DNA from: Octopus sinensis | Taxonomy: Eukaryota | Direction of reading: 5' to 3' | NCBI RefSeq assembly: GCF_006345805.1 | Contig: NC_042998.1 | Location: forward strand, 202,368,001 to 202,432,000 | DNA length: 64,000 nt | Shown: positions 12,064 through 25,715 of the stretch, in pieces | How positions within the stretch are numbered: the stretch's first letter is position 1 | How the letters are laid out: every line of letters begins with the position of its first letter | Made by a program: the position numbers and the translations under genes | Notes under the pieces: generated by a model | Seen by the model: the letters and a program-made list of their open reading frames with translations, nothing else | The model's database searches: none | What the model was told of the DNA's origin: nothing

Positions 12064-15000
12064 TATGTTTGACTTTGGCTTTATATTTGTACAAGTTGGC
12101 TCAAGTCTCACCCAGAGACCTCAAGAGACAACAGGTTGGAAGTTCACGTTATTGTTATGCCTAGTGTGCCATATATTTGGTTGTTTTTTTGTGTTGTACT
12201 AGTGGATGTCTAAAAAAAGAAAAAAAACCTTGAGAATACATAGAGAGTATTTTGCGTAGGATATGAGCAGTTCCCATGAGCACTATCTTTTGAATTTCTG
12301 CCAATTTTGGGTTTCCTGGTATCTGAGTTAGGTAGCAATCAGCCCCTTTTGCTATCATTCTCAGGGCACCTATGACAACAGGTATTGTTTTAGTCTTCAG
12401 GTTCCACATTTTGCTGATTTCTATTTCAAGATCTTTATATTTGCTCAGTTTTGGTAGGTCTTGACAGATACGTTATATCGATGGGGACAGTCATATCAAT
12501 GAGGAGGCATGTTCTTTGTTTGAAGTCTTTCAATATGATGTCTGGCTTATTTGCATCTATTTCTGTCAGTTTGAATGGTGAAGTTCCAGAGGAGTGAGAT
12601 GTGGTCATTTTCAAGTACTGGGGATGGTTTGTATTCCCACCAGTTTTTTTCATGGGGCAAATCCAGGTTTTTGCAGATTACCCAGTGAACATATTGTGCA
12701 GCTCTATCATGCCTGTTGAGATACTCTGTAGGCGCTAGAAGACTGCACTTGGAGACCACATGACCAATGGTTTCATTTTGTTGCTGACATACACGACATG
12801 TTGGACTACTCCGATCTTTAATATGTTGGCCTGGTAGTTTCTCGTTGGTAGGCATTGATCTTGAGTCGCTATGATAAACCCCTCTGTTTCAGATTTTAAG
12901 CCAGAGGCCATTAGCCATTGATGGGTCAGGGCTTTGTCAACATCTGCATTATTCGCTCTCTTGGGTATTTGCCATAGAGAGGTTTTTCTTGCCATTTATC
13001 ATTCAGAATATCTAAGGCCGCAGATTTGGCACGGGTTTTCATGCGCTTAGCTTTTCTGTGCCTGTTTCTTGTATGTCTATCTCTAATTCCGAAATTTGTT
13101 GTATTCGGAATTCACTTAGATATTCCTTTGCCTGTTTTGTTCCTGAGTATGATGCTTTCTTGTTTTCATGTTTTGAGACAAGTATTAACATCCAGTCCTC
13201 AGAGTTTTTCAGGTAGGTGTGTAGGCCAATTGTAGCAATCTTCATTGTTATTGCCAGTTGTAAAAGTCCACGGCCTCCCTCTTTTCTTGGCAGATAAAGT
13301 CGTTCTGTATCTGCCTTATGGTGGTGCATTCTATGCATTGTCAACAGTTTTCGTATTTTTCTGTCAAGATTACATATTTCAGTAATTGACCAGTTAACGA
13401 TATTGAAACTGTAAGTCACGACTGGTATGGCTAATGCATTGATCGCTTCGATCCTGTTTCTCGCATTCAGCTCTGTCTTGAGTATTGCTCTTACTCTGCG
13501 ATAACATTCTCTCCTGATCGTTTCCTTCATCTCTGAATGGCTTATTCCGTCTCCTTCAATTACCCCTAGATACTTGTAGTTCTCCGCTGGGTCTAATTCT
13601 TTTATGACATTCTGCTGGTCAAGGTTAACGTTAGATGTTTCTGTCATTTTTCCTTTGATAAAGGTAGCTTTTACACATTTATCGAGGCCAAATTGCATTC
13701 TGATGTCATCACTGAATTGTTTGACAATCGCTAGTAAACCCTTGAGTTGTTGGTCATTTTTTGCAAATAACTTTAAATCCTGCATGTAAATGAGATGATT
13801 TATATTTTTATCAAACATTTTATATCCGTACTGCGCGTCATTGAGCAGTTTTGAGAGAGATCCTAAGGCTAAACAGAAGAGGAGTGGTGATAGTGAGTCA
13901 CCCTGGAAAATACCACATGAAATTTTTACATCACCAGCATTTAGAGATTCATTGTCACTGTTCAAATTTAGTGTGGTTCTCCATGATCTCATACTTACAT
14001 TTCTAGGCATTTCTTAATCCAGCTATGGGGTAGGCTATCAAAAGTATTTTCATAGTCTATCCAGGCTATTGATAAGTTTTTGTGTCAATCGTTTGCGACA
14101 ATCTTCTAAGATCATCTTATTGATGAGTAGTTGATCTTTACAACCGTAGGATCCACATTTACATCCTTTCTGTTCATTAGGGAATATGCTGCTGTCTGTC
14201 AAAAAACTATAGGTATATTCCGTCAGGACAGATGTTAATGTTTTATACATAGTTCTTAAGCAGCTTATGGGTCTATAGTTTTTTTGGTTCATTTGTTTCT
14301 TCACTTTTTGGAAGCAGGAATGTTAACCACTTAACTAGCCAAGGAGGCATCCTACTAGGGTGTTGCAAAACATCATTGTAAAGTTCTGTTAGCAGTTCAT
14401 GGCTCCCTGAGAATGCATTCAACCAGAAGTTAGGGATTTTATCCCTTCCTGGAGACTTTCATTTGCTTGACCTCCTGAGAGCAGATCTTATATCTTCTAC
14501 CTTGACACTCTCCCACTTTTGCTCTTCTAAAGGAGTTCAGTTCTTTAGATATTCTATCGATCCAGGGGGCCTTTTCGCTGTGTGTTTTTTCTTCTGCCCA
14601 AATTTTATTCAAAAATCCCTGCACTTCTTCTTTTGATGGTACAGAATTTACAGTAACTGGTGTTTTTGCTATCTTCCTGTAAAAGTTTATGGGTTTATTT
14701 TTGAACATGTTATTGTCCCCGAAGAATCTAACACGCTTTCATACCTCGCTATGCGGGCAGCTTTAGCAGATACCTTTTGCTTGATAGTTTCTATGGTGGC
14801 ATCAATATCAAGTATAGTTTTCATATTATATTTTTTCATTAGTTTTTGGGTTTTTGTAGGTTTGGTAGTCTTATGAACCTTAAGGTTTTTCAAATATTCA
14901 ATGTCAGATCGAAATAGTTTAATTTGTTGTTGCAAACGCTCTTGCCAAGAAGGCTTTTTGTGGAAATGTTGCCGTTTTCTAATCTTTTCACCACATAGGA

Positions 15001-15452
15001 TCGTTAAGATTTTCGCGGATGCATAGTATAGGTGGTTGAGATCTGTAATATCAACATCATTAGCTGAAATTATATCCTTAATTGCAGGCCGGATTTTACC
15101 AATTATTTACATGTTTTGGTTAGAGTTGCGGATTTTAGGGAGTGTATCACGTTCATCCATAATGGTTTCTTTAATTTTCAGCCATTCAATCATGATTTGA
15201 CTGTTTAGCTCATGTAGTTCTGTCGGGTCAGTATTCGTGTGACTTTCTTCATCTATTTGATGTTCATTTGTCTTAGTGTTTATGTTTGGTTCAGGGAGTA
15301 TTTCACTTTGCCTATCACTTATACTAACTCTTTCAATCCTTACTTCGTTTTTATCAGCTCTGGGCTAGTCTATAATTATTTCCTCTATATTATCTTCATT
15401 AGCTGCAGCTTCGTTCATTCGATACGTTACTGCTTGTTTAATTTGATCAATC
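12063..15452 (-). mobile_element. R4/Dong-like non-LTR retrotransposon, ~3.4 kb, frameshifted (RT + CCHC-type finger + REL)
   Basis: NYRPISCL, EQKGC, GIFQGDSLSPLLF, HLIYMQDLKLF (cf. LLYMDDLK), YKYLG, EGGRGL, CRVCQQQNETIGHVVSKC, NKPDI, LLIDMTVP, PVVIGAL; bounded by (ATT)n on both sides. Confidence 0.93.
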
Positions 15453-15500
<48 letters not shown>

Positions 15501-15514
15501 CATTATTATTATTA

Positions 15515-15545
<31 letters not shown>

Positions 15546-15757
15546 CATTATTATTATTATTATATATTATAATTATCATTATATATTATTATTATTATTA
15601 TTATTATTACTATTATTATTATTATTATTATTATATATTATTATTATTATTACTATTATTATTAATTATTATTATTATATTATTATACTATTTTATTTTA
15701 ATTTTTTTTTATTATTATATTATTATGATCATTATTATTAATTATATTATTATAATA

Positions 15758-15793
<36 letters not shown>

Positions 15794-15985
15794 TATTATT
15801 ATTATTATTATTATTATTTTATTATTATTATATTATTATATACTATTATTATTATTGCTATTATTATTATTATTATTATTATTATATTATTTTATTATTA
15901 TTATTACTATTATTATTTTTATCATTATATTATTATTAGTATATTACTAATTATTATTATTATTATTATATTATCATTATATTAC

Positions 15986-16019
<34 letters not shown>

Positions 16020-16247
16020 TTATTACTATTATTATAATTATTATTATTATTATTTATTATATTATTATTTTATTATTATTATTATCATTATTATTATTAT
16101 TATTAATTATAATTATCATTATTCTTATTATTATTATTATTATTATTACTATTATATTAATTATATTATTATTATTATTATATCATTATTATTATTATTA
16201 TTATTATAATTATCATATTATTATATTATTATTATTATTATTATTAC

Positions 16248-16288
<41 letters not shown>

Positions 16289-16350
16289 CATTATTATTAT
16301 TATTATTATATTATTATCATTATTATTATTATTTATATTATTATTATTAT
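15453..16350. repeat. Long degenerate (ATT)n microsatellite
   Basis: Direct reading; source of the spurious 374 aa ORF. Confidence 0.95.
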
Positions 16351-17011
16351 AACACACAAATAGTGGTTGTATTGCACTTAAATGTTAATACCAATGAACT
16401 ATATAACTAATTAGTAAGTATATTTATTAACCAATTGAGAAATTGGTTTATTAAAGCACATCGTCGCGTCTTGAATCCTTATCGATGTAGAAGACCCCCC
16501 CCCCAATACCTTCTTGCTACCGCATATTATTTGTTCTTAGCTTTTTGCTCCATATTGGAAAAGGGAACTGCTCTCGTTGTTTGTTATGTTTACATTATAT
16601 TTATATGTATGTGTGAATTTATGCTTTCACAATCGGAGAGGTGATTGTGCTTGTGTGCTTTAATATATGGTAGCGAGAGTGTATGCTTGTGTGTGCCGTG
16701 TATGGGTATACGCATTAAGTATACAGAGAGATTTTCTAACTAGCTATTTACTTAATATATACATACACACATATATATATATATATATATTATAGATATA
16801 TATATATATATATATAAAATTAGCTAGTTAATTAATATATACATACACACACATAATATATTATATATATATATATATATATATAAAATTAGATTTAATC
16901 CTAAATCTAATTTTTCGCTGTAAGTTTGGATTTACTCCCTAATATTATTATTATTATATATATATATATTTTCCCTCTGTCTTCCCTTCTCTGGATCTTT
17001 CCTTTTCCTAT

Positions 17012-17046
17012 GTTTCCGACGAAGAGCTCCGCTCGAAACGTTAAAC
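17012..17046 (+). ncRNA. Minimal type I hammerhead ribozyme candidate (U4 replaced by C) inside a ~170 bp element between (TA)n tracts
   Basis: GTTT-CCGACGA-A-GAGC(TCC)GCTC-GAAAC-GT-T-AAAC: helix I GTTT/AAAC, helix II GAGC/GCTC, palindromic helix III ACGT. Confidence 0.5.
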
Positions 17047-17137
17047 CTCCTTCTTTCCTTCTCGCCTGAGCGTCCATAATACTATATTGTTCCACGTTCC
17101 TCGCGTTGTTGTGTTTTTTTGTGCATCTTGTTTGGAT

Positions 17138-17198
<61 letters not shown>

Positions 17199-17636
17199 TA
17201 TATAAATCAGTAAATGGTGGGGTTGTGTTGACCGCAGGTGGAGAAATGATAGGAGAGGAAAAATTATAATAAGGCAGAATGCTAAATTGAAAGTAATCTC
17301 ATTTTTCATACACACATTTTTATTAAAATTTGCTTTCAATTTAGCATTCTGCTATTGTTGATGTTTTTGTTGCTGTAACTGTTCATGTCTCGTTCTTGTT
17401 AATTTCTTCTTATTCTGTCAAGTGGTTTGTGGCTTGTGGTTCATTTTATTTTCATTTTATCCTTCAAGAATCTTGCAGAGACAAGAAAAATTTACTGAGC
17501 TAGCAGCAGCATGACAAAATACGTAGATCGCTTTTCTCAAGAAATTAATAACCACTCGACAACGCTACGCCATAATGAAAGAAATTTCCTCCAAAATCTA
17601 CACGAATCCAATGAACTCAACAGTAAAATGTATTAT

Positions 17637-18021
17637 GGAGGCGCAATGGCCCAGTGGTTAAGGCAGCGGACTCGCGGTCATAGGATCGCGGTTTCGATTC
17701 CCAGACCGGGCGTTGTGAGTGTTTATTGAGCGAAAACACCTAAAGCTCCACGAGGCTCCGGCAGGGGATGGTGGTGATCCCTACTGTACTCTTTCGCCAC
17801 AACTTTCTCTCACTCTTACTTCCTGTTTCTGTTGTACCTGTATTTCAAAGGGCCGGCCTTGTCACTCTCTGTGTCACGCTGAATATCCCCGAGAACTACG
17901 TTAATGGTGCACGTGTCTGTGGAGTGCTCAGCCACTTACACGTTAATTTCACGAGCAGGCTGTTCCGTTGATTCGGATCAACCGGAACCCTCGTCGTCGT
18001 AACCGACGGAGTGCTTCCACC
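17637..18021 (+). mobile_element. Full-length tRNA-derived SINE with 12 bp target-site duplication
   Basis: A box TGGCCCAGTGG, B box GGTTTCGATTCC; AAAATGTATTAT at 17625-17636 and 18022-18033. Confidence 0.88.
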
Positions 18022-18349
18022 AAAATGTATTATATAATACTTTTTACTGTTAATATATCAAGCTGTAGCGTTAAGGCACAAAATATGTATACTTTCAAAT
18101 TTCGTCACAAGGCCAGCAATTTCGGGGTGGGTTTAAGTCGATTAGACCGACTTCAGTGCTCAACTGGTATTTATTTCATCTATACCGAAACAGCACGCAA
18201 AATATTAAATATCAAAGGAAAACAAATTTATGAACGAACTGTAAAATATCACAAGAGAGAGATGAAACACTCCTAGATATTATCCCAACGGATTTCTTAT
18301 AGTTAAACTACACTTTTAACCGATATATCAGCAACAAAATAAAATAGAT

Positions 18350-18986
18350 GAAACAACCAGGGAAGCTGCAGAAAAGAAAGAAATTATCCAGATAGTATCA
18401 ATGGAAGCATGTCTACCAGCCTATATGTAAGAATTTTAGTAGAACCACAAACAGAAATTACAGGAACAGAGAACCCACCCAGAAAATACGGTGCTATAAA
18501 ACTAACCAAAAAAAAACAAAAAATATTTGTGCTGAGGTTGCAATCGAAGTATGCCAGCTTCAGGGATGATATTACTGACCTAAGAAGATCAGTAATATCA
18601 TCCCTATGAAATTAAGAAGAACAAAAGGTCGTAAACCAGATTGTATGTTTGGAATAGCAAAGAGTAACAATAATATCAACACGATAACAGCAATAGCAAA
18701 AACGACAAAAACAGAAAACAGAAAAAAATTGAATCGCTATCTACATTGACAACAACAAAAAAACATGACTGCTTCAACAACAATAACCTTTACGGTCTAA
18801 AACATACAGATAGCAACAATGCCCACTGCCTGAAAAAACAATGTCAACAATCACAGTGTTATCTCTCTTCTATAAAAATACTAATAATCAGAACGAAAAA
18901 CCGCAACCTTGACCTTACGCATAACTAGAACCACTCTCCCATAACAAAGGCTAGTAGTAGTAGTAGTAGTAGTAATAGTAGTAGTA

Positions 18987-19031
<45 letters not shown>

Positions 19032-19128
19032 CAGCAGTAGCAGTAGCTGTAGTAGTAGTAGTAGTAGTAGCAGCAGCAGTAGCTGTAGTAGTAGTAGTAG
19101 TAGTAGGGGAGGAGAAGCAGCAGCAGCT

Positions 19129-19162
<34 letters not shown>

Positions 19163-19184
19163 GGGAGGAGAAGCAGCAGCAGCT

Positions 19185-19221
<37 letters not shown>

Positions 19222-21000
19222 GGGGAGAAGCAGCAGCAGCTGTAGTGGTAGTAGTTGTAGTAGTAGTAGTAGTAACCATCAGGACACCTTCAACCTGTAC
19301 AAAAATCCTATCACATAAAACATGTCTATCCCTAGTAAAATGTCATTCAAAAGAATCTGCAATCCACTACATATACAGACTGAAACAGAAGCAAACATTC
19401 ACGTTAGACAGCAAAAGGGTTAACTACTCCATACAACCAATAAAATAAGGGATATACGATGGAAGAAGCCCTCCATCTCGGCACTGCCAATGACGTAAGC
19501 AAACTGATGCAGTACACTTAAAATAGAGATGTAGCATGATTCCCAGCTGACAAATCTTGCAGGCTGTCCATGAACATTTCAATTTGCCAAGCTATCTTCA
19601 AGCGATGCAACTACATATTAATAACCTGGGAGACTTAATCTGACAATAGAGTAAAAATTCAACTGAAAAACCCCTTAATTCTAATATGGCGTTGTTTTCT
19701 AACGTTTTCCACTGAGAAAGGGAATTCTCACTACTTCCAGGGGGCCACAGCATATTGAGATATATCATCGCATGTGTTGCGGCGGCTACTATTATTCAGC
19801 ACTGAAAGATTGCATTCTAAATTCAATTATAAGCTATATATGCGACAAAAGTTACAGGCCAACGATGTAAGTAAAATCATGATGTGGCCAAAGAAACTTA
19901 AAATATACGAAGACGACTAATTACTTAATTCTGAGAAGAAATTCACAATACTGATTTATACCCCTGATAGATGAATGTTATAAAACTAGCTTCGCTTTCA
20001 AATCCACACGACGGTCCTCAAGAATTAGACGATAGTACATTGGAGATCACCTAACATAAAGCTAAGTTAATCCACCAGAATAACAACATGAAAATTCTCT
20101 TTCTAAATATTCCAATACTAGAATCCCCATCCTAAATATGTGTCTCCCGTTGGAAAACATAGATAATGGAATGCAAACACTCAGAATGATAATTTATAAC
20201 ACTGATAATTAACTAGTCTCGCGGAGCAGTGTAATATAAGAAAACATAAATACACTGAATGGGAAACTAGTGAGTGTAATGAAAAAGATAACTTGCAGGT
20301 GTCAAATCTCTGAACTTGGAAATTATATACAGCCTTTCATCCACCAAATGTAATTCTGAGCATCTAACCAAGAGGCCATGAACAGAGTTTACGAAGGGGA
20401 CAAGAAATATTTAGAAGCCATTCTCGACAACGATGTGATTCTATTAGTCCAATGTCTCGGAACAAATTAGAAAGGAAATTAAGCTAGGTGATGTAAGATC
20501 ACGGTATGATTACAAGTTCCATGAAATACCATATTTTGACGCAAACTGAAAGGATGGACTAACATAAAATTTTATAAAAGATTTAAACGAACTGGTGTTT
20601 AAAATGAATGCCATCGAAAAGCTGTGTAGAACCACTACGACTTACTATTCAAGATAAAACAACTGTTTGCGATAACAAAGGCGAGGTCTACAAAATAAGG
20701 TCACAAATAAACTGTAATGTCAGAGACTTCGTATACTATATGAAATATATATATTAGATATGCGACTACGACTACAACTAGCACAGGAGAAACAATGCGT
20801 AAGGGAGTTGAAAGAAGATAGAATCAATGATCTGCACATACTGGAAGAAAACCAGCTCTAATATTATACCAACATGTCACATATAATCATGATGGCTATA
20901 TTTCTTAACACCGAAATAAAAATCATTTCTAAATATCCATACGAATTGATACTGAGATATGTTTCAGAAACAATAAATATACTCAGCCAAAATCTGCACT
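18350..21000 (+). mobile_element. Highly degraded CR1/Jockey-group LINE (ORF1 and APE region), interrupted by an AGT/AGC microsatellite at ~18955-19270
   Basis: Faint motifs AKGLTTPYNQ (APE start), CTGGGAGACTTAAT (LGDFN-like), AIEK...; order parallels the 22.4-24.9 kb element. Confidence 0.4.
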
Positions 21001-21057
21001 CTCCCTCTCGCTCAATAGAAAGTGCGATCAGAATAATAACAACCCAATAAAATAGTT

Positions 21058-21210
21058 ATTGGTTTCAAAGTTTGGCATAAGGCCAGAACTTTACGGAGAG
21101 TAGGTAAAGTCGATTACATCGACTGCAGTGCCGAACTGGTACTTATTTTACCGACCCTGAAAGGATGAAAAGCTATGTCAACTTCGGTGGTATATGAACT
21201 CAGAACCCAA
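21058..21210 (+). mobile_element. SINE-like repeat family A copy
   Basis: AAGTCGATTACATCGAC...CTGGTACTTATTTTACCGACCCTGAAAGGATGAAAAG. Confidence 0.7.
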
Positions 21211-22391
21211 TAAAATATATATGTGAAAAAATAATTATTTATTCATTTGCAGCTCAATCGAAGCTTCGCATTTCTTCCGGTAGTAATTTTTGTCTTCTCG
21301 GCTCATGTTAGTATATTGTCTCTTAGTTCGATAGGAGAAATACACATGAAGACAGATAACACCTAATTTACACATCTCGTTCGTCTGATTAATATTTCAT
21401 GCACGGTCTTTTTAACTACGGTTGAGAGTGACGGCTGTCCACAAATTTTCATTGCTTAATTTAGGAGAATAATTAATCTGTATACATATTAAATGGACCA
21501 GGAAATGAATGTTTCAGAGACAATATACTGCATTTTATCTAGTGTACATATGTGAATAGTATCTAGTATCATTCGCTTAAGGTATTGGCTGGTATATTTT
21601 GACGGACGGACAGAAGTAACATCTATTTTAATAGAACAGTTTCCAGAAAGGAACGCACCACAATAGTAAAAATAATAGGTGTATTTTATGTATAGCAGAG
21701 ACATATAAAAGGTGACTCATGTATATAACATTTTAAACACATAATACGTGATATTCTTTATATATTAACATAGAAGGAAACTTAGCCTTTCATTTTCTAA
21801 ACATACATTTGTAGAATCCCTTTAAGATACAAACAGGGTAATTAAAACAGTATTATAAACAAGGAAACTACGAAGAAAGCTACCTTGCCTTTTAACAATA
21901 TATTTAAATCAATTCTCCTGAAAACTCAAGGAAATCTAGTGCCATATTTTAAGCACTTGCATTACCCGACGAACTATAGAAGTCGCATGACCTGAGACGA
22001 CATTCAAATCTTAAACGTGAAAAAACTTGCGTTATATTTTTACAAATTTCAATTGAACGAATACGGGTAACTCAACTGAACGAAAACGGGAAATAATAAC
22101 GCTGCAGAACGACAGCCGTATATGAATAGATATGTAAATAGTTTTGCTTCCAGCTGCAGACATGCATTCTATATATTTACTATCATAACGCTGTTGCCAA
22201 AAATGCATGCATTTTTATTAATGATAGAAAATAGCACACCAAAACAATAAGAAACTCTTGATAAATTTCTTGTCTAAAGATTTTTCATTTGTTTTCAACA
22301 ATTCTTAAATGTGAAACTGCCATCTATCTGCAAAATAGTAATCGGTGTCACAATGATACACACACACGCACACACGCACACACACACACAC

Positions 22392-22442
<51 letters not shown>

Positions 22443-22446
22443 ACGT

Positions 22447-24910
22447 ATATTTGTTTCCTTTTTTGAAAACTGGGACATCAGACTGGGATGGAAGGGATAG
22501 AAGGTTTTCTGGTATATATCCAGCATCCAGTGAGTTCCCCGCCACAGATTGGCAAGAGTGGGGTGCAAGTTGGTGTTGACACATCTTCAAGACACAAGCA
22601 GGGAAACTATCGGGACCTACTGCTGAATTATGCTTCATTTCCTGTATTGCTTCAAAGACATCTGGCGCACCAAAAGTTATGTCCGATAAAGTGTATTGGG
22701 GAGTAACATCACTGACAGAGCTAAGATCAACCATATCAGGATTGCTGAAAACAGAGCAGTATTGTTTCTCCAGCATCTCTTCCATGGTTTTGGCATTGTC
22801 TTGAAGAGTACCATTTTCATCAATCAGAGGGCCAACAGTAGAGTCAGTGACTCTGTTTTTTTTTTGCAAATGAGAAGAAAACTTGGGATTAAGTTTGATC
22901 TTCTCAATGGCCCAGGCCTCTTCAGCTCTTCTCTGACTATTGATGATAGACATCGTGTTGTTTTGGAGGTTATGTTTTTTAATCTCTATTGATGTGATTG
23001 CAGTCTGGTTGGTGTGTTGCTGTTGACAGTATTTCAGCTTGTTGATTTTTTTGTTAATTATTTTAATTTTCCTGATGAGTTTTTTTCTATTTCTAGGGAT
23101 TCTGCATTTAGATTTCTTTACAGATCTTAATGGAGTGTGTTTTGCACATATGTTTCGAATGGTGTCTACAAATGACTGCCAGGACTTTCTGATGTTAGTG
23201 GGTGTGTATGTGTGCGTGAAGAACCAATCGACTTGTGCAAGATCCTTACTGATCGCTTCCCAGTTTTCGTTGTGGAAATCCATAGTGTCAAATGGATGGA
23301 CAGGAGGGATGACGTTTGTTTTGTATGTAGGGTTTTCTCCACTGCAATATTGTGAATAGTGTCAGTGTGATTGCTGAAAATTAGGTCTAGGACAATTTTG
23401 TGACACCTGGTTGGTTCGAGCAGCAGTTAGGACAGGATGAAATCATCCATGAAGTCAAGAAGCGATTCCACTGCCTCCCTGTCAGGGGTTGAGACAGAAG
23501 AACCTGGCGGCAGACAATTTGTAGACCAGTAAACCCCGGAGAGGTTTGAAGTCCCCCATCATTAAAATGTTGTCAGGTTGACACTGCTGGATGAAACACT
23601 TTATGTTGTTGAGGCATTCCTTGAAGCATGGTAGGGGCGTTTGGGGTGGTCTGTAGAGCCCAACTACTATTAAGTTGTTGGTTTGACTGAATACAGCGAC
23701 TGCTTCGCAGTATCCATTAGAAGATATTTTCATAGCCTCTGTTGAGAAAGAATCATGAACAAATATGGCAGCCCCACCTTTTCTTCTGTCAGCACGATCA
23801 GCATGAATGGAGGTTACTGAGATGGGTTTCAGTGAGGACAAAGAAAGGGATGTGGTTTGGGATGTCCTCTAGGAATTTTATCTTCCACTTTTGAGTATTG
23901 GTGGAAAGGCTGATACCTTGGGCGTTAAGCAAAACTGTTGAGGCGAGAGTGAATGGTTTTAATTGTTTTGGTGCTTTGTTTCTTTGTTTGCTTTTGAATG
24001 GCATGTTCAGGTTGATAGTGGTGGATGGTGGTGGGTGATATCTCGGATGTTTTTTTTTTTCCATTTCTTTTGCTAGATTCATAATAGCTAAAATAGAGGA
24101 GGAAGTTTCCTGTCTAGGGAACTGTAGGTGACTGTGGTTGTGGTTATTTTTATATGAGTGGTTATTTCTATTTGAGTCAGATTTTTTTGCTTTTATTTCA
24201 AATTTTATTATCATTTGTCCGACGAGTCCCCGGGAGATGGGTAAAGGGACAATCCCTGTGCAAATACAATCTGTCTCGCTTGGAATAGCGACATATTTGG
24301 GGATTCCTTGTTTGAGATATTGGTGGTTGTGGTGATGTTGTAATAGAGTATGCATTGTGGTGGTGGCTGTTGTAGTTTGTGGGATAGAGCGTTTTGTGCC
24401 AGGTAAATGGGTGAATTTGCAGTCTATATCAGTGCTAGCGGCAAATGATGGGGTTTCGAGTGGGTGTGTGTTTTGAGAGGTGTAGACGATAGTTTGTTGA
24501 GGTTTTGGCGACCTTTGTGACCTGTGCGAGAGTAGGAGGTAGATTCCTTGAGGTAGCCGTAGTGGTATTAGTAGTAGTAGTAGACAGAAGAGATGTTGAC
24601 AGTGATGATGATTGAGGAGGTGGATTCCATGAGATAGCGGTAGACAAATATTTTTGGATTGATAGTGATACTAGCAGTAGTAGGCAGAGGAGATGATGTT
24701 GACAGTGATGATGATTGAGCTATTGGGGCAGTGAAAGGAAGGGATGGTGCTTCCTGCTGTTAGACCCTTTGCAGATGAATCAAGGAGTGGTTCATACTGT
24801 TGTTGTTGTTGTTGATGCTGCTGAAATTGTTGTTGTTGTTGCTGCTGCTGCTGCGCCGGTGATGCGTTCGAAGATAAAACACATCTCAGTTTATCCAAGT
24901 GTTTATTGAA
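22447..24910 (-). mobile_element. CR1/Jockey-group LINE: ORF1, APE endonuclease and start of RT; 3' part missing
   Basis: LLNAQGI, VLTETHL, RKGGAAIFV, VGLYRPP, LMMGDF, KLNPKF, TVGPL, SAVGPDSFPACVLK, PVFKKGNK, then an abrupt (TG)n. Confidence 0.85.
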
Positions 24911-25250
24911 AATTTAAAAGCAGCTTCGATTTGCTTTAATTTATTTTGAATCTGCTGTTCAGATCGAGTTTTCAAAAGGTGAACTGTCCGTTTAGCAATT
25001 TCGTTCAGACACGAAGTTCCTATGTTTTCCATTTGGGTAAGGCAATGCCATGTGTTTATTAGATTTCATTATCAGACCAGTTGTAAGTATGTACATATAC
25101 CTATGTATACAATTACCAAATTTATTGAAATAAAGAAGCGAACGCAGAAAATGAATAACAGAAGTGTTAATAGAAATTGTTACAATAACAATTTAATTCA
25201 CTACTCCTCATTTTCTGTTGTCTGATGCCATCAGAGGTTACATCGTTACC

Positions 25251-25358
<108 letters not shown>

Positions 25359-25650
25359 CAAGTATGTGTGTATGTATAATATATATATATATATAATAAC
25401 AAAATAATAAATAAAACAAATGCATACATATATATATGTACATACCTATATCTATATGTATATATACGTGCATATATGGGTACAGGGCACCAAAAAAATG
25501 TAGAGCACAATGAGAAACGAAAACATAAAAACAAAAACATGGAAACGGACATTTTTCAAACAGACCACAAGACATACAACGCAAGGAACATTCCCCTTCT
25601 TCAGCTGCCCCTGCTTCGACTACTACTATAAATACATGTATCTGTGTATC

Positions 25651-25715
<65 letters not shown>

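Noticed and set aside
15239-16363. 374 aa ORF and the many I/Y/L/C/V/H/T-rich ORFs in the track
   Set aside because: They are translations of ATT, TA, CA, GATA and TACA microsatellites
17637-17710. tRNA gene
   Set aside because: The cloverleaf is incomplete and continues into a SINE body bounded by a TSD
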